Assembly (NCBI GenBank): GCA_902557575.1
Contig: CACEAR010000001.1
Coordinates: 406,674 to 470,673, forward strand
DNA: 64,000 nt
From: an uncultured SAR86 cluster bacterium
Lineage (GTDB): Bacteria > Pseudomonadota > Gammaproteobacteria > Magnimaribacterales > D2472
Direction: 5' to 3'
Both the position numbers and the translations under genes were made by a program. How positions within the stretch are numbered: position 1 is the stretch's first letter; every line of letters starts with the position of its first letter. Below are positions 22,246 through 34,229 of this stretch, one piece after another. The notes under the pieces are model-generated. The model was given only the letters and a program-made list of their open reading frames with translations, did not search any database and was not told where the DNA came from.

Positions 22246-22572
22246 ATGAAAAGTAATGTAAGAACAAGACTTAAAACTGGTGATGAGGTTGTAGTTATTG
22301 CAGGTAGAGATGTGGGTAAGACTGGAACGATTACAAGTATCAAGAAAAATAAAGCTTTTGTTACAGGTATTAATATTGTGAAAAAGCATACCAAGCCAAA
22401 TCCTCAGTTAGGGATTACCGGCGGGATTGTTGAACAAGAATCACCAATTGATTTATCAAATATACAAATATGGGACTCAAAAACAAAAAAGGGTTCTAGG
22501 ATCTCAATGAAAATAGATGAGAAGACAGGGAAGAAAGAAAGACTTAACAAAAAAACAGGAAAAGTAGTATAA
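22246..22572 (+). CDS. rplX: 50S ribosomal protein L24
   Basis: KOW GDEVVVIAGRDVGKTG, ESPIDLSN. Confidence 0.98.
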   Translation: MKSNVRTRLKTGDEVVVIAGRDVGKTGTITSIKKNKAFVTGINIVKKHTKPNPQLGITGGIVEQESPIDLSNIQIWDSKTKKGSRISMKIDEKTGKKERLNKKTGKVV

Positions 22573-22575
22573 AAA

Positions 22576-23115
22576 ATGGCTAGTTTGGATCAAAAATATA
22601 AAGACGAAATTGTGCCTATACTCAAGGAAAGGCTTGGGGAAAGCAATGTCATGGCTTTGCCAAAACTTACAAAAATAGTTATCAACATGGGTGTTGGACA
22701 AGCTGTAAATGATAAGAAGCATCTTACAAATGCTGTTGATGATCTTCAATCAATTTCAGGTCAAAAACCACTTGTAACTAATGCAAGAAAATCAGTTGCA
22801 AGTTTTAAAATCAGAGAGGGTTGGCCTATGGGATGTAAAGTTACTCTAAGAGGTAAAAGAATGTATGACTTCGTTGAAAGGCTTATCAATGTTGCTATTC
22901 CTAGGGAAAGAGACTTTAGAGGACTAAATCCAAAATCATTTGATAAACAAGGAAATTATAGTTTTGGGATTAAGGAACAAATAATATTCCCAGAAATAAA
23001 CTATGACAACATAGATCAAATTAGAGGTATGGATATTTGTGTTAATACATCAGCAAATAACCCTGCTGATGCAAAAGTTTTATTGGAAGAATTGAACTTC
23101 CCATTTAAGAAGTAG
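22576..23115 (+). CDS. rplE: 50S ribosomal protein L5
   Basis: [26 protein letters not shown]. Confidence 0.99.
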   Translation: MASLDQKYKDEIVPILKERLGESNVMALPKLTKIVINMGVGQAVNDKKHLTNAVDDLQSISGQKPLVTNARKSVASFKIREGWPMGCKVTLRGKRMYDFVERLINVAIPRERDFRGLNPKSFDKQGNYSFGIKEQIIFPEINYDNIDQIRGMDICVNTSANNPADAKVLLEELNFPFKK

Positions 23116-23120
23116 GAATT

Positions 23121-23426
23121 ATGACTAGAAAATCACTTATAGCGAGAGAAAACAAAAGAATGAAAACGGTTGCTAAATATGCAACTAAAAGAGCTGAACT
23201 CAAAAAAACTTTTTTAGATATGAGTAAGACAGATGAGGAAAGATTTGAAGCATATAGAAAATTACAAAAGCTTCCTAGAAACGCTAGCCCATCAAGAGTT
23301 CAAAGAAGATGTTCAATTACTGGGAGACCACATGCTGTTTATAGAAAGTTTGGTCTGAGTAGAATTAAATTAAGGGAAGCCGCTATGCGTGGCGATATTC
23401 CTGGATTAGTTAAATCAAGTTGGTAA
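23121..23426 (+). CDS. rpsN: 30S ribosomal protein S14 (long, non-Zn form)
   Basis: [26 protein letters not shown]. Confidence 0.98.
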   Translation: MTRKSLIARENKRMKTVAKYATKRAELKKTFLDMSKTDEERFEAYRKLQKLPRNASPSRVQRRCSITGRPHAVYRKFGLSRIKLREAAMRGDIPGLVKSSW

Positions 23427-23433
23427 ATATATT

Positions 23434-23829
23434 ATGAGTTTTCAAGATCCTATATCAGATTGTCTTAACAGAATAAGGAATGGCCTCATGAGAGGTAAAG
23501 ATTCTGTTATCGTTCCTTATTCTAAGATAAAGCATGACTTAGTTAATGTATTAATTGAGGAAGGATATTTAAATTCTTGTGAAAAGATTGATAACGGCGG
23601 CAAAGATGAGATTAGTGTCAATCTTAAATACTTTAATGGAAAACCTGCTATTAAAGATCTAAAGAGAATTTCTAGACCAGGTCTAAGAAAATACTCAGGA
23701 ACTAAAGATCTATCTAATGTTAAAGCTGGTTTAGGTATTTACGTTTTATCTACGAATCAAGGCTTAATGACTGACAGAGCTGCAAAAAGCAAGAATGTTG
23801 GTGGTGAGATTTTGGTGGAGGTTTTTTAA
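23434..23829 (+). CDS. rpsH: 30S ribosomal protein S8
   Basis: DPISDCLNRIRNG, ISRPGLR, STNQGLMT. Confidence 0.99.
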   Translation: MSFQDPISDCLNRIRNGLMRGKDSVIVPYSKIKHDLVNVLIEEGYLNSCEKIDNGGKDEISVNLKYFNGKPAIKDLKRISRPGLRKYSGTKDLSNVKAGLGIYVLSTNQGLMTDRAAKSKNVGGEILVEVF

Positions 23830-24372
23830 ATGTCTAGAGTTGCTAAACAACCTATTACTATTCCAGAAGGCGTCAAGGTTGAGCTGAATGATAATTTAGT
23901 TTCAGTCTCAGGCAAAAATGGTTCCATGGAATTTGAGCTAGTTAAAGATGTGACAGTAGATATTTCTGAAAATGAAGTCTTAGTTTCTTATGGAGACTAT
24001 CAAGAATCAGTTGCTATGGGTGGAACTACAAGAGCTATCTTAAACAATATGGTTGTGGGAGTTTCTCAAGGTTTTGAAAAGAAATTGGAGTTAGTTGGAG
24101 TTGGTTATAGGGCAAAAGCATCAGGTAAGACTTTAGATTTAACTTTAGGTTTCTCTCATCCAATTAAATATGAGCTTCCTGAAAGTGTAAGCGCAGAAAC
24201 TCCGTCACAAACAGAAATAGTCCTTAAAAGTCATGATAAGCAAGTCTTAGGACAAGTTGCTTCGGAAATTAGGGCATTTAGACCACCTGAACCTTATAAA
24301 GGAAAAGGTGTTAAATATTCGGATGAGAGAATTAAGAGAAAAGAAGCTAAAAAAGCTGCAGGTGGTGCCTAA
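23830..24372 (+). CDS. rplF: 50S ribosomal protein L6
   Basis: MSRVAKQP, LGFSHP, PEPYKGKGV. Confidence 0.99.
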   Translation: MSRVAKQPITIPEGVKVELNDNLVSVSGKNGSMEFELVKDVTVDISENEVLVSYGDYQESVAMGGTTRAILNNMVVGVSQGFEKKLELVGVGYRAKASGKTLDLTLGFSHPIKYELPESVSAETPSQTEIVLKSHDKQVLGQVASEIRAFRPPEPYKGKGVKYSDERIKRKEAKKAAGGA

Positions 24373-24719
24373 TGAGTATTAAGAATAAATCAAGGCTAAG
24401 AAGAGCTAAAAAAACAAGAATGAGAATAAAATCTCAGGATCTTCCAAGGCTTACTGTATTTAAATCCTCTCAGCACATTTATGCACAAATAATTGATTCG
24501 AGTGGGGCAAGAGTCTTAGCTGCAACCTCAACGCTTGATAAGAGCATTAAATCAAAAGGTAGAAGTGTGCAATCTGCTAAGGAAGTTGGAGAGAAGATTG
24601 CTGATTTATCTATAAAGAATGGTATTAAGAAAGTTATTTTTGATAGATCAGGATATAGATATCACGGAAGGATAAAAATGATTGCTGAGGCAGCAAGAGA
24701 AAAAGGTTTGGAGATATAG
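24372..24719 (+). CDS. rplR: 50S ribosomal protein L18
   Basis: [19 protein letters not shown]. Confidence 0.98.
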   Translation: MSIKNKSRLRRAKKTRMRIKSQDLPRLTVFKSSQHIYAQIIDSSGARVLAATSTLDKSIKSKGRSVQSAKEVGEKIADLSIKNGIKKVIFDRSGYRYHGRIKMIAEAAREKGLEI

Positions 24720-24723
24720 CAAT

Positions 24724-25233
24724 ATGGCAAAGGAAATAGCAAATATGAACCAACAAGGAGACTTACTTGAAGAAAAGCTAGTTCAAGTAAATAGGGTTGC
24801 TAAAGTTGTAAAAGGTGGAAGAATTTTTGGCTTCACTGCACTTACTGTTGTTGGGGACGGCAAAGGTAAGGTTGGTTTTGGAAGAGGTAAAGCTAAAGAA
24901 GTTCCAATAGCAATCCAAAAAGCTATGGAAAATGCCAGAAGAAGTATGGTAGATGTTGAGTTAAATGGATCTACTATTTGGTATCCGGTGAAAGCTAAAC
25001 ACGGGTCTGCAAATGTTTACATGCAGCCTGCTGCAGAAGGTACAGGTATTATTGCAGGTGGTGCCATGAGAGCAGTTCTTGAACTCGTTGGAGTCCAAAA
25101 TGTTCTAGCTAAATGTTACGGTTCAACTAATCCTGTTAATGTTGTTATGGCTACAATAAATGGCCTCAAATCAATGGAATCTCCTGAAACGGTTGCCGAA
25201 AGAAGAGGTAAGAAAGTAGAGGAAGTGCTATGA
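24724..25233 (+). CDS. rpsE: 30S ribosomal protein S5
   Basis: [20 protein letters not shown]; start trimmed. Confidence 0.99.
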   Translation: MAKEIANMNQQGDLLEEKLVQVNRVAKVVKGGRIFGFTALTVVGDGKGKVGFGRGKAKEVPIAIQKAMENARRSMVDVELNGSTIWYPVKAKHGSANVYMQPAAEGTGIIAGGAMRAVLELVGVQNVLAKCYGSTNPVNVVMATINGLKSMESPETVAERRGKKVEEVL

Positions 25234-25415
25234 CTGCAAGCAAAACTATCCAAGTAAAACTTATAAAGAGTGGCATTGGCAGAATAAAGAAACATAAGCT
25301 ATGCATTCAAGGGCTAGGATTTAAAAAATTGAATCAAGTTGTAACTGTCGAAGATACACCAAGTAACAGAGGTATGATTAATAAGATTTCAGATATGGTT
25401 GAGGTAGTTGGATAA
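25230..25415 (+). CDS. rpmD: 50S ribosomal protein L30
   Basis: [18 protein letters not shown]. Confidence 0.97.
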   Translation: MTASKTIQVKLIKSGIGRIKKHKLCIQGLGFKKLNQVVTVEDTPSNRGMINKISDMVEVVG

Positions 25416-25416
25416 G

Positions 25417-25860
25417 ATGACTAAAGAAAATAATACACTTTCCCTAAACTCTCTTGCTAATGATGGCACTAAATCAAATAGAAAACGTGTAGGAAGAGGT
25501 ATTGGTTCAGGTAATGGGAAAACAGCTGGAAGAGGCCACAAGGGTCAAAAATCTAGGTCTGGAGGATCTATACCTAGATGGTTTGAAGGTGGGCAAATGC
25601 CACTCCAGCAAAGACTACCAAAATTTGGTTTTTCTTCTAGAGTGAACAATCTATCGACAGATATCAATTTAAGAATGCTTGATGGAATGAAGGAAGTAAG
25701 TTTAGAGATTCTCAAAGAGAAAAAGCTTGTTAATAAAAAGATTAATAAAGTAAAAATCTATGGTGATCATAAGCTTTCAAAAGCATTAAATGTAAATGGG
25801 CTAAGTGTTACTAAGGGCGCACTTAAATCAATTGAGGAATCCGGAGGCAAGGTTAGCTAA
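25417..25860 (+). CDS. rplO: 50S ribosomal protein L15
   Basis: RVGRGIGSGNGKTAGRGHKGQ, FEGGQMP. Confidence 0.98.
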   Translation: MTKENNTLSLNSLANDGTKSNRKRVGRGIGSGNGKTAGRGHKGQKSRSGGSIPRWFEGGQMPLQQRLPKFGFSSRVNNLSTDINLRMLDGMKEVSLEILKEKKLVNKKINKVKIYGDHKLSKALNVNGLSVTKGALKSIEESGGKVS

Positions 25861-25862
25861 TA

Positions 25863-27158
25863 ATGGCAAATAGTAGCATGTCAGATTTATGGAAAAGGAT
25901 TAGGTTTGTAATCCTAGCGATAGTCATATACCGAATTGGTACCCATATTCCAATTCCCGGTATTGATCCTCAAAGATTAGAAGACTTATTTACTCAAAAT
26001 CAAGGAACCATTCTTGAGATGTTTAATTTGTTCTCCGGTGGAGCTTTAGAGAGAATGAGTGTTTTTGCCTTAAATGTAATACCTTATATTTCTTCTGCAA
26101 TTATCATGCAGCTATTTTCTAACTCTATACCATATTTGCAGGAGCTTAAAAAGGATGGCCAGGCAGGAAGAAACGCCATAACTCAATTTACTAGATATGG
26201 AACAGTTTTACTTGCTCTTATTCAAGCATCTGCACTTGCATTCACTCTAAATGCATCTGGTCTTAAATACTTAGATATACCTTTCATATCTTTCTACATA
26301 TCTACCGTAGCTTCTGTTGTTGCTGGAACAATATTCCTAATGTGGTTAGGAGAACAGGTTTCGGAAAGAGGAATTGGAAACGGTATATCCATAATTATTG
26401 CTATAAGTATTTTGTCAGGAATGCCTGGAGCTATTGGTCAAGCTCTTGAGCAATCAAGACAGGGTGATCTAAACATATTACTTCTTATCGGTATTGGTGT
26501 ACTAGCTATGGCAGTTATTGCGGCAGTGGTATTTATAGAAAGAGGCCAAAGAAGGATTACTGTTAACTATGCACAAAGACAACAAGGCAGAAAGATGATG
26601 CAAGCACAAGCAAGCCACTTACCTTTTAAGGTAAATATGGCTGGTGTTATACCAGCTATATTTGCAAGTACATTCTTGTTGTTCCCTCAATCATTAACTC
26701 AATGGTTTGGCCAAGGTGATCCATCTGGATTTTTGCAATCACTTACCCTTGCGCTTAATCCTGGTCAGCCTTTATATGTATTAGTATTTTCGGCCCTAAT
26801 TATATCGTTCTGCTTTATTTGGCTTGCACTTACATTTAATACTCGAGAAGTGGCTGATAATCTGAAAAGATCAGGAGCTTACATACCAGGCATAAGACCT
26901 GGTGAGCAAACTTCAAACTACATTGATAGTGTATTAGCTCGATTAACAGTTTTTGGAAGTATCTATCTCACACTAATATGTTTAATGCCACTTGCTTTAA
27001 TTAATTTTGCTGGAGTTTCTTTTTATCTTGGTGGAACTTCAATCTTAATTATTGTAGTGGTTTTAATGGATTTTATGTCTCAAGTTCAATCTCATATGAT
27101 GTCTAGTCAATATGCATCTGTTATGAAGAAAGCAAATTTAAAGAATTATAGAAGGTAA
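25863..27158 (+). CDS. secY: Preprotein translocase SecY
   Basis: [33 protein letters not shown]. Confidence 0.99.
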   Translation: MANSSMSDLWKRIRFVILAIVIYRIGTHIPIPGIDPQRLEDLFTQNQGTILEMFNLFSGGALERMSVFALNVIPYISSAIIMQLFSNSIPYLQELKKDGQAGRNAITQFTRYGTVLLALIQASALAFTLNASGLKYLDIPFISFYISTVASVVAGTIFLMWLGEQVSERGIGNGISIIIAISILSGMPGAIGQALEQSRQGDLNILLLIGIGVLAMAVIAAVVFIERGQRRITVNYAQRQQGRKMMQAQASHLPFKVNMAGVIPAIFASTFLLFPQSLTQWFGQGDPSGFLQSLTLALNPGQPLYVLVFSALIISFCFIWLALTFNTREVADNLKRSGAYIPGIRPGEQTSNYIDSVLARLTVFGSIYLTLICLMPLALINFAGVSFYLGGTSILIIVVVLMDFMSQVQSHMMSSQYASVMKKANLKNYRR

Positions 27159-27160
27159 CT

Positions 27161-27277
27161 ATGAAAGTAAGAGCATCAGTTAAGAAAATTTGTAGAGACT
27201 GCAAAATAGTCAGAAGGAAAGGTGTTTTATTTGTAATTTGTAAAACTGACCCAAAACATAAGCAAAAACAAGGTTAA
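27161..27277 (+). CDS. rpmJ: 50S ribosomal protein L36 (Zn-ribbon form), missing from ORF track
   Basis: Manual translation [38 protein letters not shown]. Confidence 0.98.
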   Translation: MKVRASVKKICRDCKIVRRKGVLFVICKTDPKHKQKQG

Positions 27278-27282
27278 ATATT

Positions 27283-27639
27283 ATGGCAAGAATAGCAGGT
27301 GTAAATATTCCAGAAAATAAACACATAGAGATTTCTCTTACTCATATTTTCGGCATTGGTAGAAAGAGGGCGCAAGATATCTGCGATGCCCTAGGCCTTG
27401 AATATTCTAAAAAGGTTTCTGATCTTTCTGAAGATGAGCTAGAAAAAGTAAGAGGAGAGGTTGCAAAATATACATTAGAGGGAGACTTAAGAAGAGAAGT
27501 CAGCGTAAACATTAAAAGACTAATGGACTTAGGAACCAACAGAGGAATTAGACATAGAAGAAAGCTTCCGACTAGAGGCCAAAGAACTAAGACTAATGCA
27601 AGAACAAGAAAAGGCCCTAAAAAGCCAATGAGAGGATAA
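27283..27639 (+). CDS. rpsM: 30S ribosomal protein S13
   Basis: [21 protein letters not shown]. Confidence 0.99.
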   Translation: MARIAGVNIPENKHIEISLTHIFGIGRKRAQDICDALGLEYSKKVSDLSEDELEKVRGEVAKYTLEGDLRREVSVNIKRLMDLGTNRGIRHRRKLPTRGQRTKTNARTRKGPKKPMRG

Positions 27640-27642
27640 ATA

Positions 27643-28020
27643 ATGGCAAAAAGTAAAAAGACAAAAAGGGTAATAAGTGAAGGAGTGGCACACATTCACT
27701 CATCATTTAACAACACCATCATTACTATTACTGACAAGCAGGGCAATGCTGTATGTTGGGCTACTTCTGGAGGTTCCGGTTTTAGAGGCTCAAGAAAAAG
27801 CACGCCTTTTGCAGCTCAGATTGCTGCCGAAAAAGTTGGAACTGTTGCTAAAGAAGATTTCGGTATGACAAGTTTAGATGTAAAAGTTAAAGGCCCTGGA
27901 GCTGGAAGAGAGTCTGCAGTTAGATCATTAAATGCATGTGGTCTTAAGATAAAAAGCATAACTGACGTTACACCTCTTCCACATAATGGATGTAGGCCAC
28001 CAAAAAAGAGAAGAGTTTAG
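27643..28020 (+). CDS. rpsK: 30S ribosomal protein S11
   Basis: [24 protein letters not shown]. Confidence 0.99.
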   Translation: MAKSKKTKRVISEGVAHIHSSFNNTIITITDKQGNAVCWATSGGSGFRGSRKSTPFAAQIAAEKVGTVAKEDFGMTSLDVKVKGPGAGRESAVRSLNACGLKIKSITDVTPLPHNGCRPPKKRRV

Positions 28021-28029
28021 GAGAGAATA

Positions 28030-28650
28030 ATGGCTAGATATAGAGGACCATCATTAAGGCTTTCGAGAAGAGAAGGCACAGATCTTTATTTGAAGAGCGG
28101 TGTTAGAGCTGTTGAATCTAAATGTAATATGGAAACTGCACCAGGAGTTCATGGGCTCAGAAGAGGTAGGTTGTCAGATTATGGATTACAGCTTAGAGAA
28201 AAACAAAAAGTAAGAAGGATGTATGGAGTTTTAGAGAAACAGTTTAGAAATTATTATAAGAAAGCTGCAAAGTCTAAAGGTAATACAGGTGAAAACCTCT
28301 TATCTTACTTAGAACAAAGATTAGATAATGTTGTTTATAGAATGGGATTTGGATGTACTCGTGCAGAGTCAAGACAACTTGTTTCTCATAAAGCAATACT
28401 CGTTAATGGCAGTACAGTAAATATACCTTCGTACCAAGTTCAGCCTGAAGATGTGATTGAAGTTAGAGAAAATAAGAAGAGCCAATTAAGAATCCAATCA
28501 GCTTTAGATCTAGCAGCACAAAGAGAAGAGTGCAATTGGCTTGAAGTAGATGCAAAGAATTTTAGGGGCGTATTTAAATCAGTACCAGATAGAACTGATC
28601 TAAGTACAGAAATAAATGAAAATCTTATAGTTGAGCTTTATTCAAAATAA
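28030..28650 (+). CDS. rpsD: 30S ribosomal protein S4
   Basis: [22 protein letters not shown]. Confidence 0.99.
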   Translation: MARYRGPSLRLSRREGTDLYLKSGVRAVESKCNMETAPGVHGLRRGRLSDYGLQLREKQKVRRMYGVLEKQFRNYYKKAAKSKGNTGENLLSYLEQRLDNVVYRMGFGCTRAESRQLVSHKAILVNGSTVNIPSYQVQPEDVIEVRENKKSQLRIQSALDLAAQREECNWLEVDAKNFRGVFKSVPDRTDLSTEINENLIVELYSK

Positions 28651-28667
28651 GAGGGTTAGAGGTAATT

Positions 28668-29633
28668 ATGCAAATATCAGTAATAGATTTATTAGTACCA
28701 ACCGAGATACAAGTCGAAAATGTTTCAGATACTGTATCGAAGGTAACGCTAGAGCCGCTTGAGAGAGGTTTTGGTCATACGCTAGGTAATGCCTTAAGAA
28801 GAATTCTTCTTTCATCAATGCCTGGTGCTGCTGTAACAGATGTTGTGATCGATGGTATTTCTCATGAGTATTCAACAATTGAGGGAGTTAGAGAGGACGT
28901 AATAGATATTCTATTGAATCTTAAAGATATGCCAGTCAAACTAATTGAAGGAAATGAAGCAGAACTTAAACTATCTGTTGATGGACCATGCGAAGTAACA
29001 TCTTCTTCATTCGAGGCCCCTGGAAATGTTGAGTTAACAGATGCCGATCATCATGTTGTTTCACTTGTAGATAAAATTAAATTAAATATGTCAGTTTTTG
29101 TTAGAACTGGAAGAGGTTATGAGCCTGCAGATATTAGAGATGATGAAAATAATACTGTAGGAGGCTTAAAAGTAGATGCTTCATTTAGTCCAGTAAAAAG
29201 AGTTTCTTATTCTGTAGAGAATGCAAGATTTGAGAAAAGAACAGACTTAGATAAATTAATACTTGAGTTAGAAACTGACGGAACTATTGATGCAAAAATG
29301 GCTATAGAGCATTCTGCAACTATAATGCAGCAACAACTTGCAGCCTTTGTTGATTTAGAAGCAATTGCGGAACAGGAAGCTAAAAAAGAGCAAAATGATT
29401 TTGATCCACTACTCCTAAGATCTATTGAAGAACTTGAGTTAACCGTAAGATCAACTAATTGTTTAAAAGCAGAAAGCATTTTCTTAATTGGTGATTTAAT
29501 TCAAAGATCCGAATTTGATCTTCTAAAAACACCTAATCTTGGTAAAAAATCTCTTAATGAGATTAAAGATGTCCTAGCTTCAAAAGGACTTTCTTTGGGT
29601 ATGGTGTTAGATAACTGGCCACCGATGGGTTAA
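28668..29633 (+). CDS. rpoA: RNA polymerase alpha subunit
   Basis: [41 protein letters not shown]. Confidence 0.99.
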   Translation: MQISVIDLLVPTEIQVENVSDTVSKVTLEPLERGFGHTLGNALRRILLSSMPGAAVTDVVIDGISHEYSTIEGVREDVIDILLNLKDMPVKLIEGNEAELKLSVDGPCEVTSSSFEAPGNVELTDADHHVVSLVDKIKLNMSVFVRTGRGYEPADIRDDENNTVGGLKVDASFSPVKRVSYSVENARFEKRTDLDKLILELETDGTIDAKMAIEHSATIMQQQLAAFVDLEAIAEQEAKKEQNDFDPLLLRSIEELELTVRSTNCLKAESIFLIGDLIQRSEFDLLKTPNLGKKSLNEIKDVLASKGLSLGMVLDNWPPMG

Positions 29634-29637
29634 AAAA

Positions 29638-30048
29638 ATGAGACATCAGAAATCAGGTAGAAAATTAAATAGAAACTCAGCGCATAGAAAAGCTTTGTTT
29701 AAGAACTTATCTCTTGCTCTTATAGAGCATGAGATTATTAAAACAACTGTTCCAAAAGCGAAGGAGCTAAAAAAGTATCTTGAGCCTTTGATTACTGTTT
29801 CTAAAAACGACTCAGTAGCAAATAGAAGAAGAGTTTTTGATAAGCTAAGATGTAAGAAATCAGTCGGCAAACTATTTGAAGAGATTGGTCCAAAATCATC
29901 TTCTAGACCCGGAGGTTATCTTAGAATAATCAAAGCTGGCTTCAGGCCTGGTGATAAAGCTGACATGGCTTTTGTTGAATGGGTTGATAGGTCAAGTGAA
30001 GATGCTGAAACTGAAGTACCTGAGCTTGAGGAATCTGAAGTTAGCTAA
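29638..30048 (+). CDS. rplQ: 50S ribosomal protein L17
   Basis: [25 protein letters not shown]. Confidence 0.99.
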   Translation: MRHQKSGRKLNRNSAHRKALFKNLSLALIEHEIIKTTVPKAKELKKYLEPLITVSKNDSVANRRRVFDKLRCKKSVGKLFEEIGPKSSSRPGGYLRIIKAGFRPGDKADMAFVEWVDRSSEDAETEVPELEESEVS

Positions 30049-32863
30049 GCATCCCTTTAAGGTATTTCCCTGTAAAAGATTTCTTATCTTTTGAAACTTT
30101 TTCTGGTGTACCACAAACAACCAACTCTCCACCCTGACTTCCTCCTTCAGGACCTAAATCAATAATCCAATCTGCGGTTTTAATTACATCTAAATTGTGC
30201 TCGATAACAATGATAGTGTTTCCTTGCTCTTTTAGCCTATGTAAAACTTTTAAGAGTAGTTCAATATCATGAAAGTGAAGTCCAGTTGTTGGTTCATCAA
30301 GAATAAATAGAGTTTTACCTGTACTTCTCTTTGACAGCTCTTTAGCAAGCTTTATTCTCTGAGCTTCTCCGCCCGAAAGGGTAGTAGCAGATTGTCCAAG
30401 AGTAATGTAGCCAAGACCTACATCGTTTAAAGTTTTGAGTTTATTCTTAATTGCTGGAATTTGATCAAAGAATGACAATGCATCCTCGACTGTCATACTT
30501 AAAACATCGCTTATATTCTTATCTTTATATTTTACTTCCAGAGTTTGATCGTTATATCTTGAACCATGACAAACATCACATGTGACATAAACGTCAGCTA
30601 GAAAGTGCATTTCCACTTTGATAAGACCATCTCCTTGGCAAGACTCACATCTTCCTCCTTTAACATTAAAGCTAAATCTTCCAGGCTTATATCCTCTTGC
30701 TCGCGCTTCAATAGTTTGAGCAAAAAGATCTCTAATATTTGAAAATAATCCAATGTAAGTTGCAGGATTGGAGCGTGGCGTCCTTCCTATCGGTGATTGA
30801 TCAATATCAATAACTTTATCCAGATGCTCAAGACCTCTTATTTCTTTACATTTAACTTCTTTTTTAAGATTTGCTCTATTAAGCATAAAAGAACTCATTG
30901 GAAGAAGAGTTTGATTTATTAGTGATGATTTTCCGGAGCCAGATACTCCTGTAACTGCAGTAAATAGCCCAATAGGTATCTCAATATCTATATTATTTAA
31001 GTTGTTAGCAAATGCAGACTTAATTTCAATAAATTTGTCCTGATGTTTTGACCTCTTTTTTGGGACTTTGATCTCTCTTTTTTTAGATAAAAATTTTGCA
31101 GTTATAGATTTTTTATCTTTAATAATTTTTTCAAAGTCTCCTTCAGCACATACTTTTCCACCATGAACTCCTGCGCCAGGGCCCATATCGATAATATAGT
31201 CAGCCTCACGCATTGCATCCTCATCATGTTCTACAACTATTACAGTATTGCCAAGGTCTCTTAAATTTTTAAGCGTTTCTATTAATTTCCCATTATCTCT
31301 TTGATGAAGTCCTATGCTTGGCTCATCAAGAATATATGTAACTCCCACCAAGCCGGAGCCAATTTGGCTAGCCAGTCTAATTCTTTGAGCTTCTCCACCT
31401 GATAAAGATTCTGCACTTCTATCTAGAGCAAGATATCCAAGACCAACATTCTCAAGGAACGAAAGTCTATCATTAATTTCTTTAAGTATTTTTTCAGAAA
31501 TCTTTTTTTTGTTACCAATAAGATTTAAGTCTGATACGAATTCGAGACTTTCATTTATCCGCATTTCAGTTATTTGATAAATGGGAGTATTTTCGATGAA
31601 GATATTTCTAGATTCTTTTCTTAGTCTAGAGCCATCACATGCATCACAATTTTTATCAGAAAGAAGTTTAGATAGCTCATTCCTCATAAATTCTGAATCT
31701 GTGTCTCTAAATCGTCTTTGCGTATTTACAATTACACCTTCGAACTTGTGTTTTCTGACCAATCTACTCCCACTTCGCCATCTTTTTGAAAAATCTATGA
31801 CATCATCACTTCCCCAGAGAATAATATCTTTATATTTTTCATCTAGATCTGACCACTTAGTTGTAAGCGAGAAATCATAATGCTTTGCAAGACACTTTAG
31901 TTGATAAAAATAAAATCTATTTCTTCTTGTCCACCCCTTAATGGCTCCATTAGTTATTGAGACATCCTCATCCGGAATAAGTTTTGAGGGATCAATATAT
32001 TGAATTATGCCAAGCCCATCACACGCATCGCATGCTCCAAAAGGGCTATTAAAAGAAAACATTCTTGGCTCAAGCTCAGGAATAGAATAACCACACTCTG
32101 GACATGAAAAATTTGTTGAAAATAGAATAGATTCATTCTTTCCATCAATAAAGTCTATTTCAATTATTCCATCAGAAAAGTTTGAGGCTGTCTCAACTGA
32201 CTCTGCTACACGTTGCCTAAATTCTTCATTATTTTTTATTACAAGCCTATCAACAACTGCTGAAATATTGTGTTTTTTATTTTTTTCTAACTCAGGAAAC
32301 TCATCTAATGAATAAATTTTTTCATTAACTTTAGCTCTCACAAAACCTTCTTGTCGAAGGTCTTCATAAACAGCAAGATGCTCTCCTTTTTTTCCTCTAA
32401 TTATTGGAGCAATAATCATTATTTTTTGGCCTTCCTCAAAACTACATATCTGATCGGTAATTTCAGAAATAGATTTAGCTTTTAGCTCAATGTCATGATC
32501 TGGACATTTAGGAGTACCAACTCGAGAGTAGAGAAGTCTTAAGTAGTCATAAATCTCAGTAACAGTTCCTACAGTTGATCTAGGATTATGAGACGCAGAT
32601 TTTTGCTCTATAGAAATAGCTGGAGAAAGCCCTTCAATTTGATCAACGTCAGGCTTTTCCATCATTGATAAGAATTGTCTGGCGTATGCCGATAGTGATT
32701 CAACATATCTTCTCTGACCCTCTGCATACAAGGTATCAAACGCTAAAGATGACTTTCCTGATCCAGATAATCCAGTAATTACAACAAGTTTATTTCTAGG
32801 AATATCAACATCAATATTTTTTAAATTATGAGTACGAGCACCTTTAATTGATATGCTTTTCAT
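30041..32863 (-). CDS. uvrA: Excinuclease ABC subunit A
   Basis: Two Walker A ([16 protein letters not shown]), two LSGGEAQR signatures, Zn fingers. Confidence 0.99.
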   Translation of the reverse strand: MKSISIKGARTHNLKNIDVDIPRNKLVVITGLSGSGKSSLAFDTLYAEGQRRYVESLSAYARQFLSMMEKPDVDQIEGLSPAISIEQKSASHNPRSTVGTVTEIYDYLRLLYSRVGTPKCPDHDIELKAKSISEITDQICSFEEGQKIMIIAPIIRGKKGEHLAVYEDLRQEGFVRAKVNEKIYSLDEFPELEKNKKHNISAVVDRLVIKNNEEFRQRVAESVETASNFSDGIIEIDFIDGKNESILFSTNFSCPECGYSIPELEPRMFSFNSPFGACDACDGLGIIQYIDPSKLIPDEDVSITNGAIKGWTRRNRFYFYQLKCLAKHYDFSLTTKWSDLDEKYKDIILWGSDDVIDFSKRWRSGSRLVRKHKFEGVIVNTQRRFRDTDSEFMRNELSKLLSDKNCDACDGSRLRKESRNIFIENTPIYQITEMRINESLEFVSDLNLIGNKKKISEKILKEINDRLSFLENVGLGYLALDRSAESLSGGEAQRIRLASQIGSGLVGVTYILDEPSIGLHQRDNGKLIETLKNLRDLGNTVIVVEHDEDAMREADYIIDMGPGAGVHGGKVCAEGDFEKIIKDKKSITAKFLSKKREIKVPKKRSKHQDKFIEIKSAFANNLNNIDIEIPIGLFTAVTGVSGSGKSSLINQTLLPMSSFMLNRANLKKEVKCKEIRGLEHLDKVIDIDQSPIGRTPRSNPATYIGLFSNIRDLFAQTIEARARGYKPGRFSFNVKGGRCESCQGDGLIKVEMHFLADVYVTCDVCHGSRYNDQTLEVKYKDKNISDVLSMTVEDALSFFDQIPAIKNKLKTLNDVGLGYITLGQSATTLSGGEAQRIKLAKELSKRSTGKTLFILDEPTTGLHFHDIELLLKVLHRLKEQGNTIIVIEHNLDVIKTADWIIDLGPEGGSQGGELVVCGTPEKVSKDKKSFTGKYLKGMLS

Positions 32864-32920
32864 TTAAAATGTATGTAATAAGAAATATGGGTTAAACTTT
32901 TAATATTATAAGAGGTAAAT

Positions 32921-33361
32921 ATGAGTAGAGGTGTAAATAAAGTAATTTTAGTAGGTAATTTAGGTCAAAAACCAGACATGAAGTATACCCAAAGCAATAC
33001 CGCAGTAGCCAATTTAAGTTTGGCAACTTCGGAATCATGGAAAGATAAAGATAGCGGCGATTTAAAAACAAAAACTGAGTGGCATAGGGTTGTATATTTT
33101 GGAAAACTTGCTGAGATTGCAGAACAATATCTTGATAAAGGATCTAAAGTTTATGTTGAAGGCAAATTGCAAACAAGAAAATGGCAAGATCAGGCAGGAA
33201 ATGATAGATATACAACTGAGGTTCTAGGACAAGAGCTTACGATGCTTGATTCAAGAGGTGATTCTTCAGGATCCACCTTTGAAAATAATAACTCAGGTAT
33301 GAGTGAAGAGAATGTAAATCAAGACAGTGGCGAATTCTCAGAAGAAGATATCCCTTTCTAG
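32921..33361 (+). CDS. ssb: Single-stranded DNA-binding protein
   Basis: [18 protein letters not shown], acidic tail DIPF. Confidence 0.99.
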   Translation: MSRGVNKVILVGNLGQKPDMKYTQSNTAVANLSLATSESWKDKDSGDLKTKTEWHRVVYFGKLAEIAEQYLDKGSKVYVEGKLQTRKWQDQAGNDRYTTEVLGQELTMLDSRGDSSGSTFENNNSGMSEENVNQDSGEFSEEDIPF

Positions 33362-33364
33362 ACT

Positions 33365-34222
33365 TTGAATTACAAGCACATAAAATTTGAAACTCAAGAT
33401 TCGGTTGCTTTGATAAAGCTGAATCGACCAGAGAAACTCAATGCATTTACTTTAACTATGATGGAAGAGCTTTGTGATGCTTTTGATGTCATAGATAATG
33501 ATGACAAAATAAGAGCAACACTTATAACTGGTTCTGGAAGGGCATTCTGTGCAGGTGCTGATCTCTCAGGAGGAGAAAATAGCTTTGTCGATAAATTTGA
33601 TACATCTGAAGAATATCCTCAAGATCACAATAAAGATGCTGGTGGGATTTTAACACTAAGAATGTATAAGTCACTTAAACCAATTATAACGGCCTGTAAT
33701 GGACCAGCTGTAGGTGTAGGAGCAACTCTACAACTGGCAGCAGATATTAGAATTGCTTCAACCAGTGCAAGATTCGGATTTGTTTTTTTAAATAGAGGAA
33801 TTGTGAATGATGCCAGTAGCTCATGGTTCCTTCCAAAAATAGTAGGCATATCAAAAGCCTTAGAGCTTTGCTTCTCTGGAAAGATTATTGACGCTAACGA
33901 AGCCAAAGAGATTGGGCTTGTTTCATATATTTTCGAAGACGATGAAATGCTTGAGAAATCTCTATATTATTGCAAAGATCTTACCAAGAAATCTGCCCCT
34001 GTTTCAGTTGCGATGGCGCGAAGATTATTTTGGACTTCGCTTGGAGATAATGGACCTGATAGATCGCATGATTTGGAAAGTATTTTCATAAGCTCTAGAG
34101 GAAAGTCTGGAGATGCTAGGGAAGGAGTAACCTCATTTTTGGAAAAGCGACCTGCTGATTTTCCAAATTCAGTGTCAGAGGACTTGCCAAAAGATTTCCT
34201 AGAAAAAATTGAAAAAAAGTAA
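33365..34222 (+). CDS. Enoyl-CoA hydratase/isomerase (crotonase) family protein, TTG start
   Basis: LNRPEKLNAF, FCAGADL, NGPAVGVGATL, SSWFLP, DAREGVTSFLEKR. Confidence 0.9.
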   Translation: MNYKHIKFETQDSVALIKLNRPEKLNAFTLTMMEELCDAFDVIDNDDKIRATLITGSGRAFCAGADLSGGENSFVDKFDTSEEYPQDHNKDAGGILTLRMYKSLKPIITACNGPAVGVGATLQLAADIRIASTSARFGFVFLNRGIVNDASSSWFLPKIVGISKALELCFSGKIIDANEAKEIGLVSYIFEDDEMLEKSLYYCKDLTKKSAPVSVAMARRLFWTSLGDNGPDRSHDLESIFISSRGKSGDAREGVTSFLEKRPADFPNSVSEDLPKDFLEKIEKK

Positions 34223-34229
34223 TAGCTTT

